A stretch of DNA of 64,000 bases, from NCBI GenBank assembly GCA_043803765.1, contig JAZDJQ010000004.1, forward strand, positions 1-64,000, in the 5' to 3' direction. This document shows, in pieces, positions 26,903-36,543 of this stretch. Each line of letters starts with the position of its first letter. The first letter of the stretch is position 1. This DNA comes from Candidatus Iainarchaeum sp. GTDB lineage: Archaea; Iainarchaeota; Iainarchaeia; Iainarchaeales; VGJJ01. The notes beneath the pieces are model-generated. The model was not told the DNA's origin. It saw nothing but the letters and a program-made list of their open reading frames with translations, and made no database searches. The position numbers were made by a program, and so were the translations under genes.

Positions 26903-27925
26903 TTAGTGTATTTTAGGAAAAGCTTTTTTGTTTTTCTTGCGGGCACGCGAGTATATTTCCCTCATCAATGCATCCAAAATAATATTTTCTGAAATGTAGG
27001 GTGGAAGATTTAATTGAGCAGCGCGAGCATGCCCCCCGCTTGTTCCATTATGCTGTTGTGCAAGCGAGCGAAAGATGGATGTTGCATCTAGTTTCAATTT
27101 GGAATAAATACGATTCGAGAGGCGGATGGAAGAATACACTCCATCAGGAGAGGGGGAAACACTCAAACCAATATCACATCCTATTTGAACCAATATGGAT
27201 GCTATCCAGCTCGTTTGATGAGGATGAATAACGGCTCCAATCAAAAAATCGTCCACGGAAACAAGTTTTGCCTGTTTGAGCGAATGAATAATGCCTACCC
27301 GCTCATGAATAGAAGGGGTCGGAACGGCACGGGCAAAAATAGTATCATATGAGACACCGCTTCGAGTAAGGAGAAAATCAAACAATGAAAATGTTTGAGG
27401 GTTTGCCACCATAAAACGAGCGGAATCTGAAATTATTCCTATTGCCAATGCTCGGGCTATTTTGGGTGGAAAGGAAAAATGTTTTTCAATCATCATTTCA
27501 GTAACCATTTGAGCGGTGGCAATGCTGTGAGGTTTGATGAGTGATACTGTTTTTTTTGGAAACTCGTGTGGAGACAGGGAATGATGATCGAGGAGAATAA
27601 TTTTTCCATTGAACGATTGAAGGGCGCGGGATAATTCCCCTGCTTGGGAAGGAGAACGGAAATCGACGCATACAATGACATCAAATGAGCGGAATGACGT
27701 GATAACGCGAGGTTGAATAGGAAAAAAAAGGATTTGTGATTGATAATGTTGGGTGAGGGGTTTGGTTATTCCGAATGTTGAATCGCATCGTGAGCGGGAA
27801 AAATGAGTGAGGGCAAGAGCGGAGGACAACGTGTCCATGTCCGGCCTTTCATGCGTGAGAAAAAGGACTTTTTTGTTTGATAGCGCATTCCAAAAATCAT
27901 GATAGGATAATGAATGACTTGGCAT
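26903..27925 (-). CDS. DHH/DHHA1 family phosphoesterase
   Basis: THERPDMD, VCVD, LDHH, GIISDS, GGHARAA. Confidence 0.92.
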   Translation of the reverse strand: MPSHSLSYHDFWNALSNKKVLFLTHERPDMDTLSSALALTHFSRSRCDSTFGITKPLTQHYQSQILFFPIQPRVITSFRSFDVIVCVDFRSPSQAGELSRALQSFNGKIILLDHHSLSPHEFPKKTVSLIKPHSIATAQMVTEMMIEKHFSFPPKIARALAIGIISDSARFMVANPQTFSLFDFLLTRSGVSYDTIFARAVPTPSIHERVGIIHSLKQAKLVSVDDFLIGAVIHPHQTSWIASILVQIGCDIGLSVSPSPDGVYSSIRLSNRIYSKLKLDATSIFRSLAQQHNGTSGGHARAAQLNLPPYISENIILDALMREIYSRARKKNKKAFPKIH

Positions 27926-27931
27926 GCGGGG

Positions 27932-28321
27932 TTATTCTTTTTTGGAGGATATAACGGTTGTGTCGTTTTCCTTCATTGGAGAAGAGGCGGTAGGAGGAGT
28001 GGATGCCTCTGATTCTATTTCCGTGCGAAGGGCATTCAGCTTATCCAGAAGGGACTTTTCCTGCTTATCAAGCGTTTTGATTCGGAGAGACTGTGTTTCT
28101 TTCATTTCCTCAATCTCTTTTTTTACTTCTTTTTTTTCCCGCAATACTAGAATAGGGCCGGCGGCCTTGTATACTTTTTCCTCGGTTGTCTTATCCAACT
28201 CTTCTAATGATTTGGTCAAACCGGCAACGTTGGCTTCGAGCTGTTGTTTTTGCATGGAAATCCCCATGAGCATCTGCCTCTGCCTCTCAAATTCCATTAC
28301 TTTTTCTCGAATATCCGTCAT
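27932..28321 (-). CDS. pfdB: prefoldin beta subunit
   Basis: Coiled coils flanking VYKAAGPILV; conserved position in the exosome superoperon. Confidence 0.92.
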   Translation of the reverse strand: MTDIREKVMEFERQRQMLMGISMQKQQLEANVAGLTKSLEELDKTTEEKVYKAAGPILVLREKKEVKKEIEEMKETQSLRIKTLDKQEKSLLDKLNALRTEIESEASTPPTASSPMKENDTTVISSKKE

Positions 28322-28577
28322 GTGTATCATTCTCCTTATAGTTGATTAAATGTTTAAGATAAAGAGCCAGTTTTTCATACTGGTCGGCAGAAGCATGAGC
28401 CGTATGCGCATCTTTTCCAACAATAGAAAAAAGAAGTGCATTCTTTTCAACGTTCACGATTGTTTTTGATCTTTTTTCAAACGCTTGACCCGTTTCAATA
28501 TTTAATGATTGGAATGCGGCACGAGCGGCTTTACGGGAATGAAAATCCACTACTATTTTCTGAGAAGACATGAACAT
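28287..28577 (-). CDS. pcc1: KEOPS complex Pcc1-like subunit
   Basis: KRSKTIVNVEKNALLFSIVGKD; lies between rpo12 and pfdB. Confidence 0.72.
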   Translation of the reverse strand: MFMSSQKIVVDFHSRKAARAAFQSLNIETGQAFEKRSKTIVNVEKNALLFSIVGKDAHTAHASADQYEKLALYLKHLINYKENDTHDGYSRKSNGI

Positions 28578-28708
28578 CAACGCGCGAGCACTCTTTTTTC
28601 AATAGGAGCACGGGTTTTGTAGAAAATCTTGTTCCCGCAATTAGGACAGCGCACTAATCCAATGGGAAGAGCATCAAATTCCTGCAGACACTTATTGCAT
28701 TTGTACAT
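28577..28708 (-). CDS. rpo12: DNA-directed RNA polymerase subunit Rpo12 (P), 43 aa (absent from the ORF track)
   Basis: Hand translation MYKCNKCLQEFDALPIGLVRCPNCGNKIFYKTRAPIEKRVLAR; follows eL43. Confidence 0.93.
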   Translation of the reverse strand: MYKCNKCLQEFDALPIGLVRCPNCGNKIFYKTRAPIEKRVLAR

Positions 28709-29197
28709 CTAGTTTTCCTCCGCTTGGTTTTCATCTTTAATTGTACTCGAGAAAGTTTTTTTTATTTCATTACTATTCTCTGCCTTCGCTTTCTTTCGGG
28801 ATTGTTTTTTCCCTACCGCGCGGGTCAACCGTTCAATCTTTTCATCATCCGTGCTTTCATCCGAAGGGGTTTTCATTTCTTCCCCTTCTCCATGAATTGC
28901 TTCTTCAACGAGTTCCATCGCATGAGGAGTAAAGGCACGCTGTGCTACCATCTTGGAAATAATTCCGCCGGTAAGGGTTTGAGGAAAATAGGCTCCTCCT
29001 GCGTATGTGCGGTTGCACTTCCTACAATTAAAAATACCGGTTGAAATACGCTGAACTTTAGTAAAACCACAGGTGGGACAGGTGTGCTTGCGTCGCTGCT
29101 TGGTTTCAATTCCGGCATACCGTTTCTTAATCGAAACACCGTATCGTGCCCCAAAATGGCCGCCAAAATGGAACTTTTCTTTTCGGGTTGCCGGCAT
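28709..29197 (-). CDS. rpl37ae: 50S ribosomal protein eL43 (L37Ae) with charged C-terminal extension
   Basis: FGARYG, CPTCG..RISTGIFNCRKC..AGGAY. Confidence 0.95.
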   Translation of the reverse strand: MPATRKEKFHFGGHFGARYGVSIKKRYAGIETKQRRKHTCPTCGFTKVQRISTGIFNCRKCNRTYAGGAYFPQTLTGGIISKMVAQRAFTPHAMELVEEAIHGEGEEMKTPSDESTDDEKIERLTRAVGKKQSRKKAKAENSNEIKKTFSSTIKDENQAEEN

Positions 29198-29276
29198 CGT
29201 ATCACACTATCGCTAAGGTTGTCCTTAGTAAGACCCCCCCGCCAAATCCTTTTAAATATGGGGGTGAATTCCTGCA

Positions 29277-29309
29277 AGAAAGAAGGGAAAAGAATTCCCT
29301 CTTCTTTCT
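29277..29309. repeat. imperfect inverted repeat between rrp42 and rpl37ae (possible terminator/hairpin)
   Basis: AGAAAGAAG-GGAA...TTCC-ct-CTTCTTTCT. Confidence 0.45.
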
Positions 29310-29333
29310 AAAGGACTAACTACTAATACCTAA

Positions 29334-30125
29334 TCACGTTTTGAGTATTTTCCTAATAGACTTGGCATTCTTGAGTCCGGTGCTAATGACTTGTTCTAGT
29401 TCGGTTACACTAAAGGAACCGGCTCCTCCTTTCTGAAAGGCCGTGAGAATTCCTTTCTCGGTACTTCCAAAAGAAAAGCGGGCAAACTGTGCTTTTTCTT
29501 CCCCATAATCAGGGTCGGATAAGAGCGTGTTTCCTGTTTTTACTGTGGTGATGAGCAGAGGTTGATTGGCAAGGGAAAGCATTCCATTGTATTCCCCATT
29601 TACCAGCTTATCATCCTCTATTTTTGGAAAACGAGTCTGATTGAGTGCAACTAATGCCGCCATCGAAGCAGCATCAAACATGTTTCCATCATCATTCAAC
29701 GCGTAAATGTCGATGAACAGGGAGAGAACTTTTTCTCCCGGAACAAGACAGAGTTTAGAGAAATCCACGCAATGACTTTCCCTAATCGCCCGGTCAACAA
29801 CGCGAGACAGTTCTACTTCAGTAGGAGAAGGAGGACCTACTTCGTACAATGGAGATGCAAGAGGAGTAAGCTCTGCTCCCACCGCAATGCTTCCTTCATC
29901 TGGAGAATCGGGATAGGGAATTCCAATAGCAAATTTTGTTCCTGCAATAACATCCGTTTTTCCCAAACGAATACGGGCGGAACCATTGGCATTCTCACTC
30001 ACGTTGGTTAGTACTTCAATGTTCCGGTATTCATCTATTTTCCTTCCGGATACACGTTTTCCTGTTTTGAGCGCATCCATTACTTTGGTGCGCTGTAATT
30101 CTGTCAAAATATCGAGTTGTACCAT
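29334..30125 (-). CDS. rrp42: exosome complex subunit Rrp42
   Basis: ANGSARIRLGKT, PYPDSPDEG, ELSRVVDRAIRES, DDGNMFDA, FQKGG. Confidence 0.96.
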   Translation of the reverse strand: MVQLDILTELQRTKVMDALKTGKRVSGRKIDEYRNIEVLTNVSENANGSARIRLGKTDVIAGTKFAIGIPYPDSPDEGSIAVGAELTPLASPLYEVGPPSPTEVELSRVVDRAIRESHCVDFSKLCLVPGEKVLSLFIDIYALNDDGNMFDAASMAALVALNQTRFPKIEDDKLVNGEYNGMLSLANQPLLITTVKTGNTLLSDPDYGEEKAQFARFSFGSTEKGILTAFQKGGAGSFSVTELEQVISTGLKNAKSIRKILKT

Positions 30126-30139
30126 GTTACATCAGTCTC

Positions 30140-31087
30140 CTATTCCTTTCCAGCATCAAACGCGTCATGCTTTGCATCGGCATCATCTGCTTCAAGTTCG
30201 TTTTCAGTATAGTCCGTTTCCCCAAAAGAAAAAGGGTCTTTTGCTTTGAGCGGAGGCGTATCGTCATGCCCTTCCATTCTACGCTCTTCAGTAGTTGCGT
30301 TTAGGAATTCATCCATTCCGGGGATGGGTTCCAATTTTTTCTTCGCTACCGAATCCTTGAGTGCTTTTTTTTGGAGCTCATAAACTTTATCGATGTTTTC
30401 CACAGCCGTCTTCATAAGAGAAGAGAAATCGTCCGTTGAAATTTCGCCATCCATTTGAAGCAACACTACTTCCTTTGAATTGGGAAGGAACGCTACGGCC
30501 ATATCGACTGCATCCGGGGCATCCTCTTCATGCTTATTCAAATCCACGATATGATGCGTGTCCGCTCTTCCAACCGTAATACCCGTTACGAGGTCTCGCA
30601 TGGGAATGCCGGCATCTGCCACTGCAACCGCTGCTGCAGTCAAACAGGCAATACGCGTTCCAGCATTGGAGTCTAACACTTCCACGAAAACGTCAATCGC
30701 GGTGTTAGGAAACCGTTCAAGGAAAATAGCACGCTCTAATGCTTCACCTGAAACCTTGGATATTTCCATTTCCCTTCTCCCGGGACGGGGATTCTTTCTC
30801 TCGGATACGGAGAATGATGCCATCCGGTAAGTGTATCGGACAATTGCCCGATAGGGATTGGCATGATGCTTGGGAAGCACTTCTCTCGGTCCATTCACTG
30901 AAACGAGAACTTTGTTTTGCCCCCATTCTAAGTAGCAGGAACCATCCGCATTGGGAAGAACACCTGCTTGTATTTTGATGTCGCGCAATCCATTCGCTGA
31001 GCGTCCATCTACTCTTTTTCCTTTTGCATCCACCCAGAATTCTTTTTCTCCGGATGCACCCTTTTTGTTTTTTGTTTCTTTTGCCAT
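30140..31087 (-). CDS. rrp41: exosome complex exonuclease Rrp41 with acidic C-terminal tail
   Basis: RVDGR, ADGSCYLEWG, GPRE, MASFSVSERK, AGTR, DLNKHEE, LLQMDG. Confidence 0.96.
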   Translation of the reverse strand: MAKETKNKKGASGEKEFWVDAKGKRVDGRSANGLRDIKIQAGVLPNADGSCYLEWGQNKVLVSVNGPREVLPKHHANPYRAIVRYTYRMASFSVSERKNPRPGRREMEISKVSGEALERAIFLERFPNTAIDVFVEVLDSNAGTRIACLTAAAVAVADAGIPMRDLVTGITVGRADTHHIVDLNKHEEDAPDAVDMAVAFLPNSKEVVLLQMDGEISTDDFSSLMKTAVENIDKVYELQKKALKDSVAKKKLEPIPGMDEFLNATTEERRMEGHDDTPPLKAKDPFSFGETDYTENELEADDADAKHDAFDAGKE

Positions 31088-31136
31088 GTGTTTTTTCACC
31101 TTTGATTAGTGTTTTTTTTCCCTCACAACGTGTATC

Positions 31137-32126
31137 TTACTCGAAGGAGGGGTCCTCGTCTCCTCTCACGCGATCATCGCGTGGAAATCGCTTGCGCCGG
31201 TCAAAAGAGGGTTGATTGTTTCCCTCATACTGCGGCCTGAACCTTGAACTGGGGCGAAAAGTATCTCTTCCTTGCGAACGGTTTCCACTAAATCCCCCAC
31301 TACGAAAATTTCCTCTGGAGGAATGATTAAAAGAGGACATTCCTCCACTATTCCGCGCAGGAGGTCTTCCCCCACTGCGAAAATTGCTATAAGGACGTGA
31401 ATTGAATCCTCCTCGACTTCGGTCGTTGCGACGAAAACCTCGGTCGCCTCCATGAAAGTCTCCACTACCAAATGCCTCTTCATTACTTGGTCCTCTTGTA
31501 TCCGGAATACCTTGTCCTGTTTTAACCGCAAGAAAACATTGAATGTCGTGCGTTAGATTTTCCGCATGAGCAAAATCCTCAATACGCTTAATGGCATCCA
31601 TTGCCGCGACCGTATTTCCTCCATTAATCCAAATCAATCCATTTCGTCCCACCATGATTGTGGAACCTGTACCATTCTTGATTGCGTTAAGCATTGACGC
31701 GTTTTTTCCAATAATACGGGGAACTTTTACCGGTGTTACGTTTACTATTTCTCCTCCCCGAATAGAACGAACCATTCCAATGTCTGCTTCATTCATTTCA
31801 TTTACTTTCACAATGCGCGCTGAAATAATCGAACCAATACTAAGCGGTTCGCGCAAATCCTGCTTGTTGACAAAGCTGGGATAGAACGAATTGATTTCAA
31901 CATCATATCCTGCAAATTTCTCATTCTTAACAATGCCAATAATGACATCGTTCTCTACTGGAATATACCTCCCGCGAAGAGGAACAACCGAAATGCGGTT
32001 ATCCTTCTCATTCTTAATTCCCAAACAGTCCGCGAATATGTTCTCTCCCACCCCAAATGTGTGGGAACCTAATTCCTTGTTTTCGGTACTCAGCAATTCG
32101 CCGGGCACCACAATATCTTTACTCAT
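31137..32126 (-). CDS. rrp4: exosome RNA-binding subunit Rrp4 with RG/RGG-rich C-terminal tail
   Basis: VVPGE, YIPVENDVIIG (S1), KVPRIIGKNASM..VGRNGLIW (KH). Confidence 0.95.
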   Translation of the reverse strand: MSKDIVVPGELLSTENKELGSHTFGVGENIFADCLGIKNEKDNRISVVPLRGRYIPVENDVIIGIVKNEKFAGYDVEINSFYPSFVNKQDLREPLSIGSIISARIVKVNEMNEADIGMVRSIRGGEIVNVTPVKVPRIIGKNASMLNAIKNGTGSTIMVGRNGLIWINGGNTVAAMDAIKRIEDFAHAENLTHDIQCFLAVKTGQGIPDTRGPSNEEAFGSGDFHGGDRGFRRNDRSRGGFNSRPYSNFRSGGRPPARNSGGMSSFNHSSRGNFRSGGFSGNRSQGRDTFRPSSRFRPQYEGNNQPSFDRRKRFPRDDRVRGDEDPSFE

Positions 32127-32153
32127 TGTTTTTCTCACTTCCTTGTGCCGATG

Positions 32154-32861
32154 TTAATGTAACGAGGGGCTCTCCAATAGTTTAGTAGTGGCCTCTCCAT
32201 GGGTCAAATGGTTTATCTTCTCGAATAGTTCCTGCTTCATCCCGCCGGGAACCTCAACAATGGCGATGAGGGACCCGTCACCCTGCCATTCCTGTTTCTT
32301 TACCTCATACCGATGCAAAAGGTTTAAGGCAGTAGAGGCATAAGTGGGGGGAATTTTGAATGCAATTTGGACTTTTTCCATTGAAATGGGCAATAAACGC
32401 CTCAGTTTAGGCAGAATCTCATTCACCTGAGATGAGACGTCTTTCCACTCATCTACTTGAATTTTCAACTCGGCAAGGGCATTTTCAATCCGCACGGGAG
32501 GATGAGGAGAATGCGTTTGAGGGTTGAACGCATTACGAGAAATAAAATCGACAATCGCCTTCCTCTTCTCTTCTCGTAATAAGCGGCGCTGTTCCGTTGT
32601 AAGGTGGACTTCTCCCTCCTTCACAATTTTAGGGGCAATTTCCTTAATATCAAGGGTGTGAAAAACATTCTGAATATCCCCTTCTTTTGCTTCTTCTCCT
32701 TTCTTAGCGTCCGTGTAAATCGTATCGGTTACAAGCAAATCATCCAAACGAATGGATTGATTACGTTTCAATTTGAGTGCAAGATCCGGGTCAACGAATA
32801 TCTCAAAGTGTTTTCCTTCTTTTGTGTAGCGGGCAATCACCGCGTCTTCTAGTTTCACCAT
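32154..32861 (-). CDS. sdo1: ribosome maturation factor SBDS/Sdo1
   Basis: FEIFVDPD, GEVHLTTEQRR, PHPPVRIENA, THGEA. Confidence 0.96.
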   Translation of the reverse strand: MVKLEDAVIARYTKEGKHFEIFVDPDLALKLKRNQSIRLDDLLVTDTIYTDAKKGEEAKEGDIQNVFHTLDIKEIAPKIVKEGEVHLTTEQRRLLREEKRKAIVDFISRNAFNPQTHSPHPPVRIENALAELKIQVDEWKDVSSQVNEILPKLRRLLPISMEKVQIAFKIPPTYASTALNLLHRYEVKKQEWQGDGSLIAIVEVPGGMKQELFEKINHLTHGEATTKLLESPSLH

Positions 32862-32934
32862 ATTACATCACTCCACCCACGCAAGGGGGAATAAATCATG
32901 TTGGGTTTGATACATGACTAATCAACTGAACCAT

Positions 32935-33687
32935 TTACTTGCTATCGCTTCCACCACTCGAAGATGATTTAGAAAGAATAGACTTTAGTGTTGCTTTGTC
33001 AATACGATTGAAAGGAGAATCCCTATCAATATACCCAAAATCTACTCGGTCTAATCCAAGCTTTTGACCTTTCTGAAGACCATGTTCTAATGCACCAAAC
33101 ACTATCTTCACCGCTTGTTCACGCGAAAGATTAGATTGATAGTTTTCCTCAAAAAAATCCATTGCCTCCTTCCTTCCCTGTCCTACTGCCACTGCTAAAT
33201 ATTCAGCAAGTGCACCGGATGGTTCTGTTTCAAACAAACGAGGACCGGTTTCATCAAAACCGCCAATAATAAATGAAACACCAAAAGGACGCATTCCTCC
33301 ATACTGAGTAACAATCTGCATATTACCCGAAATATCCTTCGCTAATGTTTCCACGTGAATGGGCTCATCATAATACATCACATTTTCCTGTGCCTTAATC
33401 CGAGCACCCTGCACGAGACGACGGGCATCTCCCACTAATCCAGCAGAAACCGCCGCAATATGGTCATCAATTTTGAATAATTTCTCAATCGAATCGGGAA
33501 GCATCAGCTTGCTGGTTACATTCTTATCCGCACCTAACACTACCCCTGACTTATAGATACAAGCAGCCCCTGTTGTTCCCTGCTGGACAATCTTAGAGGC
33601 GTATTCTACCTGATATAATCTCCCGTCCGGGCTGAACATGGTAGCCGAACGATCGTATGCCGCACTTCTTGCTGAACCGGGGTACAT
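32935..33687 (-). CDS. psmA: proteasome alpha subunit
   Basis: YDRSATMFSPDGRLYQVEYA, GLVGDAR, RPFGVS, TEPSG. Confidence 0.97.
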   Translation of the reverse strand: MYPGSARSAAYDRSATMFSPDGRLYQVEYASKIVQQGTTGAACIYKSGVVLGADKNVTSKLMLPDSIEKLFKIDDHIAAVSAGLVGDARRLVQGARIKAQENVMYYDEPIHVETLAKDISGNMQIVTQYGGMRPFGVSFIIGGFDETGPRLFETEPSGALAEYLAVAVGQGRKEAMDFFEENYQSNLSREQAVKIVFGALEHGLQKGQKLGLDRVDFGYIDRDSPFNRIDKATLKSILSKSSSSGGSDSK

Positions 33688-33804
33688 TTTCCCATCACCC
33701 TATCCCACGGAGTAATTAACCATTTCAATTGATTCCGTGAGAAAATGAGGCAAGAATACTTTAAAAAAGAGCAGGCAGAAACCCCGTCGTTTCCCCTCAT
33801 CCCA

Positions 33805-34167
33805 TTAGGGGGATTGGTTCAATCTAGGTTTAAGCGTGTGAAGCGTACCACTCGTTTGAAGAGCATGAACCTCAACCGAATCATTGTGAATAATCGTAAG
33901 AAAAAGAAGAGAAGCAATCAAAGCATCCTTCCCAATATGAGAACAACGAAAAATACCAATACCATTTTGAGCGTTATAGGAAATGAAACGATAACGAAAA
34001 GTAGGAAAACCCAATATTCCAAAAGAATGCACCAAATGAGAATAAAATGATTTTTCAACTAATGATTTTTCAATAGGAGAAGGAGAAAATACACGAAAAA
34101 GAATATAGCGTTTCTTCCCACGCAAACTTAGTGGAATCGTCGCAATACGCACTTTTTTTTGCTTCAT
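33805..34167 (-). CDS. rnp2: RNase P protein component Pop5/Rpp14
   Basis: LRGKKRYILF, GIFRCSH, TSGTL; superoperon position. Confidence 0.88.
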   Translation of the reverse strand: MKQKKVRIATIPLSLRGKKRYILFRVFSPSPIEKSLVEKSFYSHLVHSFGILGFPTFRYRFISYNAQNGIGIFRCSHIGKDALIASLLFLTIIHNDSVEVHALQTSGTLHTLKPRLNQSP

Positions 34168-34691
34168 TTCACTACCCCGCGAGATAAAACATACCCTAAG
34201 TAATGCAGAAGGGAAGCCTGCTCAACAGGGGAAATACACTCTTCCTCTTTCCGGGCAAAACTTCCAACATGCAAGGGAATCTTTTCCTTGCTCAACAAAA
34301 AGGCTATTTTCCTAAACTCCATAAGAGAATTAGTATTTTTTTGTGCGAATGCTTCCCGCAAATCACGCAGAGAAAAAACCACTTCTAATGAATTATTTTT
34401 TGCCCCCGTCATCCACGCATAATCAATAATAGGAGGACCATTCATGTTAACGTGAACAAACGATAAGCCGGATAATTTCAATGCGTCAACTGCATTCTGT
34501 AAAGAGTGAAGCGTCACCATGCAGGGAATCTTTTGAGAGGCACAGCGCTGCAATTCGGCACGATCCAAAACAGGAAGAAAAACCATTTTAGTATGAAAAG
34601 GAAGCGTGTCCATTTGCAACTCATGAACAGAAGAATACAATACTATTTTCCTACTGCGTGTAACGAGTGCTGATGGAAAAATGAAATCCAT
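34164..34691 (-). CDS. rnp3: divergent RNase P protein component Rpp30
   Basis: Position between rpl15e and pop5; AKNNSLEVVFSLRDL, IPLHVGSFA..ISP resemble the Rpp30 C-terminus. Confidence 0.62.
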   Translation of the reverse strand: MDFIFPSALVTRSRKIVLYSSVHELQMDTLPFHTKMVFLPVLDRAELQRCASQKIPCMVTLHSLQNAVDALKLSGLSFVHVNMNGPPIIDYAWMTGAKNNSLEVVFSLRDLREAFAQKNTNSLMEFRKIAFLLSKEKIPLHVGSFARKEEECISPVEQASLLHYLGYVLSRGVVK

Positions 34692-34725
34692 GCAGAAAAA
34701 ATGAGAAAAGAGTTTAATTGCCTGA

Positions 34726-35337
34726 CTATTTTCCCTGCCGAGCATGTGCACGCAAAGAAGGACGAATCTTTTCCGTACCGCGGGAACCTGCCGGTTTTCC
34801 TAAACCACGATTCTTCTGCCCGGCGGATGTCTTACCTCGAAAAACGCGACCGCCGTGCTGGGGTTCCATAATCCAATTCAAATCCTTGTCTTTCATCACT
34901 CTTGGATTGCGAGGGTCTACCAAAATAACTTCAAAATAGTGTGCACGACCGTCCACTCCCACTTTGTAACTGTTCAACACTTCCATATTAGGATAATGCG
35001 TTTGCGCACGCTCCTCCGCCATGACTTGAATACTTTTCTTCCGGGTCATGGAAGCAATACCCATACGCTTAGGCTTGCGTGCACGACGAGGACGCAAAAA
35101 CAATCCTCCCCCCCTGCGGACACGAACACGTGCAACCGTAACGCCTTGAATCGCCTTGTATCCTAACGCACGGGCACGCGTAATATTGAATGGCTTATCC
35201 ACTTTTACTACGGCACCAAGAGCACGACGATATTCCATCATACGGGAACGATAAATAAGACCGTAATCCGTCTCCCCGGATTGGTCGTGTTTCCACTCAC
35301 GCTGAATAGTCTGTTGAACGTGCTTGGTAAAAGTCAT
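34726..35337 (-). CDS. rpl15e: 50S ribosomal protein eL15
   Basis: RARALGYKA.QG, AEERA..YPNMEVLNSY, FEVILVDP, GRVFRGKTSAG. Confidence 0.97.
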   Translation of the reverse strand: MTFTKHVQQTIQREWKHDQSGETDYGLIYRSRMMEYRRALGAVVKVDKPFNITRARALGYKAIQGVTVARVRVRRGGGLFLRPRRARKPKRMGIASMTRKKSIQVMAEERAQTHYPNMEVLNSYKVGVDGRAHYFEVILVDPRNPRVMKDKDLNWIMEPQHGGRVFRGKTSAGQKNRGLGKPAGSRGTEKIRPSLRAHARQGK

Positions 35338-35520
35338 ACAAAGTCTTCTCTAAGCAAAAGGCTCCTGGAAACGCTTTTAAATTGACTTCATGGAAAAGAC
35401 CATTCCCCTAGAAGAAATAAGAAAGAATAGAATAAAGCCCCGCTCGCTTGGAAATAGTGTTGTTTTTAGTGATGCATCTTTCCAGGATGGTTTTTAAGGA
35501 GTTGAAAGGGAAAAACAATC

Positions 35521-36543
35521 ATGCACTGCCAACGATGCACACGAGAAGGAGTTATCATCTTGCCCTACGGCCCTCATTTCCTGTGCGAGGAACACTTCCT
35601 CTATTTCTTTGAACACCGCATCCGAAACGTGACCCGAACGAATGCTTTTTTCAAAAAAGAAGATCGAATCGCTGTTGCCGTATCGGGGGGAAAAGACTCG
35701 GTAGTAGCACTCAATCTTATCAAAAAAATAATGCCACGAAACGAAATAATAGGAATAAGCATTGATGAAGGAATTGAGGGTTATCGAAACAAGGCGATTG
35801 AAGAAGCAATAAAAAATTACAAAAAACTAGACATTCCCTACAAAATTGTCCAACTCAAAAAAGAAATAGGAAACACCATGCAGGAAATCGTGCAAAAAAC
35901 AAACGAAAACAAATGGAAGGAAAACAGTTGCACTTTCTGTGGAGTATTCAGGAGAAAATACATCAACAAAACTGCACGTGAAATAGAAGCGGACAAATTG
36001 GTAACAGGACACAACCTGGATGATGAAGCGCAGAGCATATTGATGAATATCACCACGAATCGGATGGAAAGACTATCCCGAATGGGGCCCAAAGTGAAAA
36101 CCATGGAGTTAAAGGAATGGGTTCCCCGAGTAAAACCATTGTACGACAGCCCTGAAGAAGAAGTAGAACTGTTTGCACGAATGATGAGGTATCCTTTCTA
36201 TGGGGACGCATGCTGTCCATTCTCACACGGAGCAGACCGAAATATTTATCGAATGATGATTGACCAAATGGAAATGAAAAAACCGGGAAGCAAACAGGGA
36301 ATCATCAAAAGCTTTTTACAAATGAAACCATTCATCGAAAAAATGGACTCCGCTCAACAATTACAATCCTGCAGCACGTGCGGAGATTTAAGCTCCCAAC
36401 AAAAATGCCAAGCATGCCAATTCGAAAAACGCATACGTGAAACGGTTATCCGCTCGCCCAGTACAAACCCGCATTCCGACTCTCTGGAAAAGAAAAAAAA
36501 ACAAAATGAATTAGTGAGTCCTGCGACCGGTCACTGCGGGTGA
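35521..36543 (+). CDS. tRNA 2-thiolation protein (TtuA/NcsA, TIGR00269-like)
   Basis: CxxC..CxxH zinc finger, SGGKDS PP-loop, CTFCGVFRR, TGHNLDD, C-terminal CxxC..CxxC. Confidence 0.92.
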   Translation: MHCQRCTREGVIILPYGPHFLCEEHFLYFFEHRIRNVTRTNAFFKKEDRIAVAVSGGKDSVVALNLIKKIMPRNEIIGISIDEGIEGYRNKAIEEAIKNYKKLDIPYKIVQLKKEIGNTMQEIVQKTNENKWKENSCTFCGVFRRKYINKTAREIEADKLVTGHNLDDEAQSILMNITTNRMERLSRMGPKVKTMELKEWVPRVKPLYDSPEEEVELFARMMRYPFYGDACCPFSHGADRNIYRMMIDQMEMKKPGSKQGIIKSFLQMKPFIEKMDSAQQLQSCSTCGDLSSQQKCQACQFEKRIRETVIRSPSTNPHSDSLEKKKKQNELVSPATGHCG

